DNA of 63,811 nucleotides, filler included, from Chrysochromulina tobinii (GCA_001275005.1; 6 parts of 6 records of this genome joined end to end with filler, not necessarily neighbours in it); one strand, 5' to 3'. Shown: positions 9,959 through 20,731, numbered from the whole stretch's first letter. Translations and numbers: made by a program. Notes: generated by a model not told the origin, from the letters alone.

Positions 9959-10408
9959 ACTTACTGCGTGAAATGGTGTCGAATTAACTGGGAGAAACGT
10001 ACAGCTGGGAGGAACTGTGCATGTACTGAACTAACATGCACTTGTGTGTATCGTTAATGTCATCTCATATGTATCGTCATACCACATATACGAGATGTGT
10101 GTGACTGTGTCTCCGTGTGGTCGAGTATTAGGTTCGCTTTCAGGAAAAAGGAAAACTCTCTTCTGCATCGCGCTCTTCTCTCTCTGCTCTCTCAAGACGC
10201 CCTTCCGCTTACATGTAAAAGCTGTAAATGGACGCCCCCGTCTCGCCACTACGAAGCCACTACGGGTTCTGGCGATCAAAGCTGTATCAAAGCTTCAGGG
10301 GCACTCTAGCTAGAGCCACCGATACTGGGGTTTTTAGATAAGTCTAAGTCTATACATAAACAACAGACAACCATACTGTACGGAAGCCTATCGAATGTGC
10401 TCCGGAAG

Positions 10409-10458
10409 CTTGACTTGACTTGACTTGACTTGACTTGACTTGACTTGACTTGACTTGA
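10409..10458 (+). repeat. (CTTGA)10 microsatellite
   Basis: Perfect pentamer array ending ~45 bp before the ATG at 10504. Confidence 0.95.
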
Positions 10459-10503
10459 CAGTTCGTTCACAAAGCGCGCGAAATCCACATGCGGATCGCT
10501 CTC

Positions 10504-12364
10504 ATGGCCGACGAAATGGCGGAACCTCATGGCCAGTACAACAGCACCGTCACTTTCGTCATCAACGGCGAGCAGTTCTCGCTCTCGATGTCAGCGCTGA
10601 GTATGCTCGGTAGCGCTTGTATGCTGAATCAAATGATCAACCCGTCGCTCTTTTGCCCTGATAGTGGAGTGGGCGAGCACAGGGCGCATCCCGAAGGGCA
10701 TCCCTAGCCGCGACATGGCCGATGTGTTTCGCGCCGCTGACGCACTTTGCATCACCGATCTTGCTAGTCGCTGCCTCGCACTTGGCCCTCCACCATCCTC
10801 GTTCGACACGGACAACGGCTCCTTGCTTGAGATAGAGGCTCCATACTTTGTCCACGTGGATGCCAACACATTTATTGCACGCAGTGAGGCGGTGAATCGC
10901 TCGCTCGCAATCGGTGATTCCCCGCTCCTGTTCCGTCGGCAGCTGCACGAGGACCGCGCACATGAGCCGCTCTTTCGCACGCCTGGTGCACTCGCCGAGC
11001 TGCTGGAACAGAAGCTGCCGCCGGAGGCACGACTCTGCCTGGCGCAAGGCATGTGCCTCGCGGGAGGCTTTGCCGCCCGCCTCGCCGCCTCACTTGCGGG
11101 CCTGTGTAAGCTGCCGCAACACGAGGCATCCATGAGCAGCTCTTCGAGCCACGCGGCGCGGCCTGACATCGACTTCTTCTTGACCACGGCCGACTCGGCT
11201 GAGGGGCTGCGCGTGGTGCGCGCGACGCTCATTGCGCTTGCCCGGTACTGCGAGGAGCATCAGATCGGCATGTGCGTCGTGCGCTCGCCATACGCCATCA
11301 CCGTCGCGATGGATGACTGCGACTATGACCTACAGATCGTGCTTTGCGCCTTCGACTCCATGGAAGATGTGCTGAGCAACTTCGACATCGACGCGTGCCG
11401 CATAGCGTACGACGGAACGCGGCTGCTGGTCTCGGAGACCTTCCTCCGCGCCCTCGTCTCGGGCATCGTCATCGCGCGCCCGCAGAACGAGTCCGCAAAC
11501 CACGCTAAGAGGCTGCACAAGTATGCCACGGAGCTGGGGTACTCTATCGCTATCTCCGATCACGACCCGGCCAAGCCTGGCAAGACGTTTAAGCAATTGA
11601 AAGCGCTCGAAGATGCTGGCGTGGTCCCCCATGCACATCCGCCACCGCCCCAGCCTCAGATTCAGATTGTGCGCGAATGGGAGGCGTCTTTCGTGACGAC
11701 ACCTCAAGACATTCAAAATGTCAGTCAGTTAGGGCGTGCGCCACTCTCTATGTTGCCAAGGAAAGCGCTTAGTGTGGAAGTGGAAGTGGAACAGGGGCCC
11801 TCATGGACTATCGGTACGCAGGAGAGGACGTACGTGGCCCCTCCGGTCAACCGGCCGTCTCTCCTGCGCGAGCAGCTTGGCCAGTTCGACTATGAAAGCG
11901 GCAGCTCTCGGGAGATCGTCGAGGTCTGGAGGGGGCAGCGCCGGCGGGGTCCATTTGGGACACGAGGAGACCTTGAGACGATCGACTTTTGGCGATATGA
12001 GCAAGCGGCGAGGCTCGCCTTCGAGCTGAGCGCCGGACCGGTAGCCTGGAATCCGTCACACCCCGACATCGACGAGAGTGAACCGCACGACGCCAATTTT
12101 TACTGTTTCAAAGGCGTGGTCTTCCAACAGCTGGACATGCACCCGGTGCGTGGCGCGTGGAACGGGAAGCAGAAGGCCTTTCTGGCGGACGCGACGAGCA
12201 GCATGCCGCTCGTCTTCCTCGACTTCATTGAAGACGCCGCCCTCGTCGTACCCAAGGGCTTCCGCGAAAAGCTCCCGCGCCGCCTGCATGTGCCCATGCG
12301 TGATGAGGCGGGTTCCGTCATGTTCAGTCGCCCTCCCGCGGGAGACGCACACTGGGCTGCTTGA
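10504..12364 (+). CDS. BTB/POZ + pol-beta-superfamily nucleotidyltransferase-like protein; one frameshift at TTTT 10651-10654
   Basis: BTB-like VTFVINGEQF...NPSLF|ALIVEWASTGRIP...VFRAADALCI, joined by removing one T. NTase-like LAGG...DIDFF...QIVL...VLSNFDIDACRIAYDG...RLHKY. Confidence 0.72.
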
Positions 12365-12697
12365 GGACGCTGGTTTGGTCGCTGTGCGCGTGCAGGGTGT
12401 AGCAGGGTGCTGAGGCGCTGCCACTGAGGTAGGTGGCTTGGCCTTGGGCACCCCCTCGCCCCTCGGCCCCGTTCCCCGCCGTGTAAGAGTAAGTGTCGCA
12501 TATCTGCCCCGTATGGCCACGGTGCACTGGGTAACGACATGATTTCCGTCGCGCTTACGACATGAGAATGTGTGCGGTGTGAAGCCGTGCGATTTATTTC
12601 ATTATTTGGCCAAAGGCCTCACGATGCTTCAGGCGCGCCCCGCGTGCTCTGGCCACTGCGTTGAACGCTGTGGCGGAGGGTTCCCTCGCTCGCTGCA

Positions 12698-13015
12698 TCA
12701 TCCCGCTCCCGGCATGTTGCCTGGCAATCCTCGTTCGATGACGGTGAGCAGCATCTTCCCGAACACACCGACGTACGCTCCATAGTAGAGGAGCTTTGTG
12801 AGGGTGGCGAAGGGCTCGGGCAACCCCGCCTTCTCTGGCTTCGGATCCACCTTCAGGAGCACCTTCGGATTGATGCGAGCGGATGCAGCGGGCAGCGTTT
12901 CCATCGCCGACACGGCGGCACTCGACGCCACCGATTGTCGTTGCTGCAGAAGCGAGCGAAACGCGCTTGTGTGAGCGCAGCAGCAGAAGCACAGCATCGC
13001 CATGATGCCGCGCAT
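12698..13015 (-). CDS. Small putative plastid-targeted membrane protein
   Basis: Signal-like MAMLCFCCCAHTSAF (SAF resembles the bipartite plastid cleavage motif), an Ala/Ser-rich transit region and a C-terminal hydrophobic helix. Confidence 0.55.
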   Translation of the reverse strand: MRGIMAMLCFCCCAHTSAFRSLLQQRQSVASSAAVSAMETLPAASARINPKVLLKVDPKPEKAGLPEPFATLTKLLYYGAYVGVFGKMLLTVIERGLPGNMPGAG

Positions 13016-13185
13016 TCGAGGCCTATATGCGGACTTCGCGCGGACTGTTCCACGTAGGAATCCAGAACTCGACGAAACTTCGGGCAATAGAGAGGCGAGT
13101 TTTGGCGTGCGTGTTTCCCCCCGGTGTCTTTTTACCGATCTTTTTGACGAAATGCGCCTCTTGCGTGGACGGCGACGTGTCCCTC

Positions 13186-16124
13186 ATGCCGAAAGCCGCT
13201 GTTGAGAGGACGCCGGAAGAGCCACCCATCTTCATCCCCGCCAAGGCCTTTGCGGGCGTCAAGGTCGGCTACGCGTTTCGCGCGGGCGACGACGGTGTCG
13301 GCTACTACGCGGACCCGAAGCAGAAGCCGCCGAAGCCACCAAAGCAAGCGACGAAGGCAGAGGCGCAGGCGCGCGCAAAGAAACGCACGCGCAACGACGA
13401 GGCAGCAGCACCGCCGCCGGCACCACTCGCCGCCGCCACCACTGAGCCCGTATCCGCCTATCAAAAGCTGCTCAATCACCTGAATCGGTTCCCGCCGCCC
13501 GCCGTGGCCATGGCACGCCTGCGCGGAGCCGCGGCCATGGCACCCGACCGGAATGAGGAGGACGAGGGCGATGCGACGAGCATCCCGATCGGCGAGGATG
13601 TTGCCAAGGCCGCCGCGCTCGAAGATGTTCGCGCCGACGCCGACGCCGACGCCGACGACGGCGGCGACGACGACGACGCCGACGACATCAAGCTGTACGG
13701 CTCGAAGGCCTACGACTCTCATTTTGGGAAGGAATGGCCGCGGGCAGAGCTCGACGAGGCACGCGCGAGCTGGCAGGAGCACCATTGGCAGCTGCCGGGG
13801 CTCGGCGACGCGCGCGTCCTCGTACCGCCCACCGCGACGCCACCCTCGGCCAAGCTGCAAGCGGCCAAGTCCGCGGAGACGCAGCTCAAGGGGTTGGGCA
13901 TCATCGCAGCGCTTCGTACGACGTGGCGAGCGGCGCACGGCGACGGGCCGCTGAGCGCGCCACAGCTGTCGCTGCTCGGTGTGCTCACGGGCTACGTCGA
14001 CGTCCTCGCTGCGGGCACCCCACTCACCGCGTACCCCGCTTTGATACCGGTACGCGCCCCGGCCCCCATTCCGAACATGCTGTGCATGAGAATATTGTCT
14101 GATGAGCCTTGATGATGATGACGGTGCTCATCACACGCTGCCAATGAGAATACCAATCAACCATTCAATTATTGTCTGAAGAGGTGCACCTCGTCTTGAG
14201 GTCACCCCATGAGGTCAAGCATGAATCTCACGAATTCTGAGGCAGCCTCATCCGCCCTTCTCCTTCTCTCCCCCGACGGCGCCGTACTCGCATTGCGTGC
14301 AAGGACCTCTGAGGACCTCTGAGTACCACTGAGTACCACTGAGTACCACTGAGTACCACTGAGTACCACTGAGTACCTCTGAGTACCTCTCGAATCGCGC
14401 TCCTGATTGCATCTTGATTGCATCTTGATTGGCCATCTCGAATCGCGCTCCTGATAGCATCTGATTGCATCTTGATTGAATCTTGATTGCATCTTGATTG
14501 GCCATCACGAATCGCGCTCCTGATTGCATATGATTGCATCTTGATTGCATCTTGATTGCATCTTGATTGGCCATCTCGAATCGCGCTCCTGGCCGGCAGG
14601 TACTTGCACTGCATGCGGCGCAGCATTTGGTGGTGACGCGCAAGATGCTGCTTCGTCACCAGAAGCTGCATGCGACGCCTCAAGACCAGGGCTTCACGCG
14701 CCCGACGGTGCTGGTGCTGCTCCCGTTCCGTTCACACGCGCTCGCATTCATCCAGGCGCTGCTGGCGCTCCTGCCGCCCTGCTACGAGCAGGTCGAGAAC
14801 AAGGCGCGCTTCGTCAAAGAGTACGACGAGGACGAGGGGAGCACGCCGATGCCGCTGAGTAAGCCCCCGAGGACTCCCGCGAGCCCTCTCGAGGGCAAGC
14901 ATGCAAGTGCTCACCACGGCGCCCACGCTTCCCCACAGGTAAGCCCGAGGACTACCGCGAGCTCTTCGAGGGCAACAACGACGACTGCTTCCGGTGCTCG
15001 CCGCGGCATGCAAGCGCCCAATACGGCGCCCACTCGATCGGCGGCCAGCCGTGCTCACCACGGCGCCCTCGCTTCCCCCCAGGTGCGCGCTACGCCTGAC
15101 GAAGAAGGCGGCCAAGCTCTACTCCTCCTTCTACTCGGCCGACCTGATCCTCGCCTCGCCACTGGGGCTGCGCTCCCTCCTTGACGGAGGCGGCGCCAAA
15201 GGCAAGGACTCGAAGAGGACGCGTGGCGCCCAGGACGGCGCGGATGCGGATTGGCTCTCGTCGATTGAGTTGACCCTCTTGCCATATGCGGACGTGATGC
15301 TCATGCAGGTGAGTGCCACTGAGTGCCACTGAGTGCCACTGAGTGCCTGGAGGGCTACTGAGTACCAGCCATCGCCATTCGTTGCCTACATGCCTACATG
15401 CCTGCATGCCTCGCCCACCCTCGCTGCCGGCCCGGCCTGGCTGCTAGCTGCCGCGGGGATGTCGAGGACGAGCAACCCAATCCATGTCCAACACCGAGCG
15501 CGTCTGTGAGGACCGCTATTGTACCATCAAATGCTGAGGCGTCCTACGCAGGCCCTAACCCTAACCCTCTTGACCTGGCTCGGATTGCCTTGGATTGCGA
15601 CTGATCACACCATCTCCCTCTTCACACCGGACTGCCATCGATTGCGACTGATCACACCAAATTCCTTCCCTCTTCTTTCCTGCAGAACTGGTCGCACGTG
15701 TCCGACTTGTTTGAACTCCTCAACCGACTGCCGACGCAGCAGCGCGACACCGACTTTTCCCGGGTCCGCCCGTGGTACGCGCGGACGGCACTGATGAGCC
15801 ATGAGTGCCTCCTGATGACCTCTGATGAGACCGAATTGCCTCATCAGGGGCGTCTCGAGGCCACTCATGAGCCATGATTGCCTCTTGATGGCCCCTATTG
15901 ACATCTAATTGCCCCTAATGGCCTCTCTCCTCAGGTACCTGGAAGGCGATGCCCGCCGGCTTCGTCACACCGCCGTGCTCTCCGCCCACGCGGCCCCCGA
16001 ACTCTCCGCCCTGATGCTACGCGGCTGTGCCAATATCAGCGGGCGCGTCATCACCACCCCCTCGTATGAAGGCATCCTCGGGCATGCACCGGTCGGGCTA
16101 CGTCAACTCTTCATGCGCTTCGAG
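13186..16124 (+). CDS. UTP25: U3 snoRNA-associated protein 25 (UTP25/DEF), multi-exon, 3' truncated
   Basis: Exons 13186-14049, 14600-14858, 14939-14993, 15083-15308, 15686-15774 and 15935-16124 (GT-AG, phases consistent). They give DQGFTRPTVLVLLPFR, PEDYRELFEGNNDDCFR, KLYSSFYSADLILASPLGLR, LSSIE, MQNWSHV and DTDFSRVRPWYL. Confidence 0.92.
14303..14590 (+). repeat. Intronic satellites (GAGTACCACT)n and (GATTGCATCTT)n with higher-order unit
   Basis: 10-mer array at 14303-14390, then 11-mer arrays interspersed with GGCCATCTCGAATCGCGCTCCT up to the acceptor of UTP25 intron 1. Confidence 0.92.
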
Positions 16125-16318
16125 GTGGGTGCCTCTCTTGATGACCCCTGATTGCCTCTCCTGATGACCCCACCCTCACGCACCCCCTCCACACGAGCAA
16201 TGACGATGACCTAGAGGCTGTTGCCGACCTCAGCTGAGAGATAACCTCTGTCGTTCACCGCGACATGACCGAGCTTGCGCCCTCCCCCATCCCTCCACCC
16301 CATCCCCCACCCCATCCC

Positions 16319-16418
16319 NNNNNNNNNNNNNNNNNNNNNNNNNNNNNNNNNNNNNNNNNNNNTTAATTAATTAANNNNNNNNNNNNNNNNNNNNNNNNNN
16401 NNNNNNNNNNNNNNNNNN
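16319..16418. other. Artificial contig spacer
   Basis: N44-TTAATTAATTAA-N44. Confidence 0.97.
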
Positions 16419-16655
16419 CGTTTGGGACCGGTCAAACGAGTATTGTACCGACCTCGTACATGCTTGGGCCGGAGGTACACGCATCAGTAACGTGTGTAGG
16501 CTTTACCAACGACCCGCATTCACTCATTTGTCGGAAAGCGACGCGCTTGGTTTCACCCCGGCATGCAACACGTCTACGACTTTCGCGACGGGTTGCAACT
16601 ATTTTCCGTGTCAAGACGTACCCCAGTTCAACCCCGACAATACAAATCGGCTGCG

Positions 16656-17336
16656 TCATCGGCGATAGCCAGCTGAAGGATCATTGGCGTAGTAAAGCTT
16701 CAAAGTACGTCGAGATGCGGACGGTAGGGATGAGCGAGCGTTTTGTGGGAGCGTCCAATCTTTGGCCGTTCCGAGAGCACGGTTGAATGTGGCGTTGATT
16801 GCATCTCCAGTCAACCCCGCGGCCAGCAGCTGGCGAGGTGAGAAGCCAGCTATCACCAGCAGCTCTATGCTGTAACCTGCTGCCTCCATCTCAGCAGCAT
16901 CGGCTCCAGCTATTCGCAACTCGGCAGCTCCGAACCCAGCGTCCCGCAGCGATCGCGCATCGAAACCCGCAGCCTTGAGCTGCGTCGCCTTGAAATGTGC
17001 AGCAGCCAGTTCAGAAGCCGTGAACCCGGCGGTCTGCAACGCGGCCACCTTGAACCCGGTAGCCTTAAGCTTGCGTGCATCAAAGCCGGCAGCTCGAAGT
17101 GAAAATGCATCGAAACCGGCCTTCTTCAATTTGGGTGCCTTATAACCCGCAGACGCCAGCTCCGAAGCTGAGAATCCCACCTGCTTCATAGTTTGAGCTC
17201 CAAATCCTGCAGCCTTCAGTTGGCGAGCGTCATCACCAGTCGCTCGCTGCGCTGCTGCAGCGGCAGCAACGGCGTGTGACGATCGCAGCCTGCGATTGAG
17301 TAGTGATGAGTAGATGCGGTCCAGCATGGCCAGCAT
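16656..17336 (-). CDS. Protein with 10-aa xxxLKAAGFx tandem repeats
   Basis: About 14 decapeptide repeats (ARQLKAAGFG, ASELASAGYK, ATQLKAAGFD...). The repeats are degenerate at DNA level, which indicates coding constraint. Confidence 0.75.
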   Translation of the reverse strand: MLAMLDRIYSSLLNRRLRSSHAVAAAAAAQRATGDDARQLKAAGFGAQTMKQVGFSASELASAGYKAPKLKKAGFDAFSLRAAGFDARKLKATGFKVAALQTAGFTASELAAAHFKATQLKAAGFDARSLRDAGFGAAELRIAGADAAEMEAAGYSIELLVIAGFSPRQLLAAGLTGDAINATFNRALGTAKDWTLPQNARSSLPSASRRTLKLYYANDPSAGYRR

Positions 17337-17509
17337 GTTTCTGCTGAAGGCGACCAGGAAAGTTGACAGGTGTGAACGTGCATTCGCGTTTCTCACACTG
17401 AAAGAGAAGAAACAAAAAAATTCCGCGTCGTGTTGAACATTCACGTGTGCGACGTGTGAAAACAATGGTGGAGGCTCGTTGCTCAGCTCAGACACACGTG
17501 CCCCGGTGA

Positions 17510-20500
17510 ATGCTACCCGCATCATTGCAGGCCCTCTCGGCACTACTTACGCACGCACGTTCAGGAACGATCACAGCACCGGCCCGAACTGTCGCCGTCA
17601 AGGCTACTTCCGCCGCCGCATCGCCGCCGCCGCTGGCGCCGAGTGCACCCAACGGCGCTACGCCGCCTCCTAAGCGTGAGGACGTGATCGAGTGCTCCTC
17701 TGCCTCATTGTCATCCGCTGCAGAGCTGTGCAGCAAGGTGACGGTCATATTGGTAACCTCGTTCACCCCAGCTTGCCCGGCGACTGCACTCATCGAGGCC
17801 ACGCTGGCGTCCTTCGCCTTTGTGCCCGGCTTGGAGCTCTGCTCGACGGTGATCGTGTGCGACGGGTACGTTGCTTCCAGCAAGCGCCGAACCAAGGCGG
17901 GGCGGCTGATCAGCGAGGACGAGGCGCCGTACCGTGCGTACATCGACGCCCTGCGCAAGCTCGTCGACACTGCACGCTCGTCGACGCCCGCCGGCGCCTC
18001 GCTGCCGCCGGCGCTGGCGCGCGCGTCCGTGCTGGCGCTCGAGAGCCACCACGGGTTCGGGTGGGCGGTCAAGGCCGCTCTCGAGTCGGGCCTGGTCCGG
18101 ACGCACTACATTCTCGTCGTCCAGCACGACCGCGCCTTTATGCGCCCGTTCGATATGGCGCGCGCGATCGGCTGCATGCAAGCCGACGAGGATGTCCGTT
18201 ACCTGCTGCTGCCCACCCGCTCGACGCGTCATCATGAGCAGACGATGCTGTGTAACCACCGTGTGAGGATGCCGCGGCGTACCATTCACGGCGCGCGTCT
18301 CCTCACACTCGCATTCTGGTGGGACTCGACACACCTTGCCACCGCTGCGCACTATCGCGACTTTGTGTTTCGGGAGCGGTGCGCTCAGCACGGCGCCTTG
18401 CCCGAGGAGACGAGCCTGAGTGCGTCTGATTGCCCACGATTGCCCCCCTCATCAGGTGCGTCCGGCGCGGCACTTTCCCTGAGGATACGCTGGGGAAGCA
18501 GCTGCTGACTGAGGTGAAGGAAAGAGGAGCGTGCGCAGCAGCGCGCTACCACGCCTTCCTGTGGGAGAACGCGAACCAGTGCACCGAGACTGATAATGCC
18601 GACGGCAGTGTGGTGGGCCACCTCAATGGGCAACACTGGCGCGCCTGGGTGACCGAGTCGGACGAGGTGATCGGCACGCCGGCGGACGGGTCGATGCCGC
18701 TGCCGCCGCCGCGAACGACTGCTGGTGCCCAGTTTGCACTTCAGAACAGTCGGCTGCACCATTTCCGTCGGGAGATGGCCACGCTGAGGCGCGGCGAGGC
18801 AGACGAGGCGGAGGAGGCGGAGGTGGAAGAGGAGGCGGAGGAGGAGGCGGAGGGGAGGTCGAACGAGCAGCCACTGCCCTTGACGCCGCCGCCCTCATCG
18901 CCGCCGCCCTCATCACCGCCGCCCTCATCGCCGCCGCCCTCACCGCCGCCGCCCTCACCGCCACCGCCCTCACCGCCGCCCTCGCCGCCGCCGCCGCGGC
19001 CGCCGCCACCGCCGCCGCCGCTGCCAACGCGGGTCAGGCTGAGCTCACCGCCCTCGATGAATCGGGACGCCATGCGCGATGCAACAGGCAGCCCGCCGCG
19101 CGCCGTCGTGGGCGCATCGTCGGTTCACTGCGTGGACGTGAGTTTGCGCCTCATATCGCGTGACGCACCCGCCGCCGACGCACTGCACCTCTCGGTACGT
19201 GTGTGCCCCTCGGCCTCGCAGCTGGAAGCGTCGACGCGACCGCTAGTGACGGTGGTGCTTCCGATCTTCAACGGTGAGGGTTGGCTGGATGAATGCTTGG
19301 GAGCCTTGCTTCGACAGACGTGGGTAAGTCGCCATGGGTTGCACAGACCAGCCGCCGCGCCCAGCACCGACGGCGCGGGCGACGACTGCAGCGTCGGCGG
19401 GGTGTATGAGAACGGTCACGACTGCGCACCGCCACACACCGCCTCCGCCTCCCTCGCCAATGCGGGCTTGATCGAGCTCTCCGCCTTCGATGACGGCTCG
19501 ACTGACGAAACCTGGGCTCGATTGACGAAGCACTGGGCGCCGTACCTGCGGGCATGCGGCTGGCGCGTGGTGCTGGGGCGTGGCGCGCGCCCACCCGGCG
19601 GGTATGCCCGTTGCCAAGGGCGTCTGATGGCTCTCGATTGCGTCTGTTGGCACGCGGTGGCCTCCCTCATCAGGGGTGATGACCTCTGATGACCTCTGAT
19701 TGCCTCCCTCATCAGGTGCGGCTTCGCCAAGAACCGCGCGGTTCGTCAATCGTCGGGCGTGTGGCTCCTCTTCCAGGTGGGCACTGATTGCCTCTGATCA
19801 CCTCTGATGACCGCCTCTGATGACCACCTCTGATGACCGTCTCTGATGAGCCATCTCATTTGGCCCCTTATCGCTGCAGGACGTGGATGACGTGTCACTG
19901 CCCGAGCGGCTCGACCGACAGCTCGAGGCAGCCGCACGCCAGCCCGAGGCGCTCATCGGAACGCGCGTGCGGCGCGAGCCGGACGGGTCGACCGCCCGCT
20001 ACGTGAGCTGGGCGAACGAGATGCCATCTGAGCAGCTCGTGCTCCACAGGTTTCGTGAATGCACGCTGCTCATGCCCACGTGGTTCGTGTCGCGCGCGGC
20101 CTTTGACGAAACCGGCGGCTTCGCCGAGGTCAAATGTGAGGACCTGCTCTTCTTACACGCGCACGTGCGCCGTGGCGCGCCGCTCTATCGCGTGGACGGT
20201 CCTCCATTGGTCGTGTACCGGTATCACGCTGCGGCCGCGACGCATGCAATCCCCCGCCAGACGATCCTGGGCCATCGCGTCGCCGCCTTCGAGCGCGACC
20301 AGCTCGGCGCTCAGCACGGCGCGTGGTCGCGCTTCACCATCTGGGGCGCCGGGCGCGACGGGCGCGACTTTTTTAAGCGGCTGAGCTCCGAAGCGAGATC
20401 GCGCGTGCTCGCCTTTTGCGACGTAGACGCGAAGAAGGTGGGCACCACCTACCAGTACTACGAGCACTTTGTGCCGGTCGTGCACTACACGCAGGCGCAG

Positions 20501-20608
20501 CCGCCCTTTGTCCTCTGCGTCTGCCTCGACCGCACCAACGGCGCCTTCGAGGCCAATCTCGCCTCGCTCGGGCTGCGTGAGGGTGCGGACTACTTGCACG
20601 TGGGCTAG
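17510..20608 (+). CDS. Tandem glycosyltransferase: GT-A-like N domain + Pro-rich linker + B3GNTL1/QTGAL-like (queuosine-tRNA galactosyltransferase) GT2 domain
   Basis: Exons 17510-18378, 18456-19601, 19716-19776 and 19880-20608 (phases consistent). C domain: VVLPIFNGEGWLDECL, FDDGSTD, GCGFAKNRAV, FQDVDD, TLLMPTWF, EDLLF, YRYH, FTIWGAGRDG, AFCDVD, GAFEANL. N domain: VTS..P.CPAT.LIE, IVCDG, GFGWAV, LVVQHD, WDSTHLA, FPED. Confidence 0.85.
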
Positions 20609-20731
20609 AGGAGATTTGCACGCATTTTTCTAACGAACTCTTCACACTTCCTTTTTCCGCGCAAGCTCTCGAGCACCACTTTGCCTTTTTTGGTTGAAGG
20701 AAACCAAAGACCCTAAAAGGGGACGTAAACC

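Noticed and set aside
14303..14590. CRISPR-like repeat array
   Set aside because: Tandem satellites without unique spacers, inside a spliceosomal intron, with no cas genes.
16419..16700. Possible plus-strand exon fragment at contig start
   Set aside because: Several short open frames with no motif, so none can be chosen.
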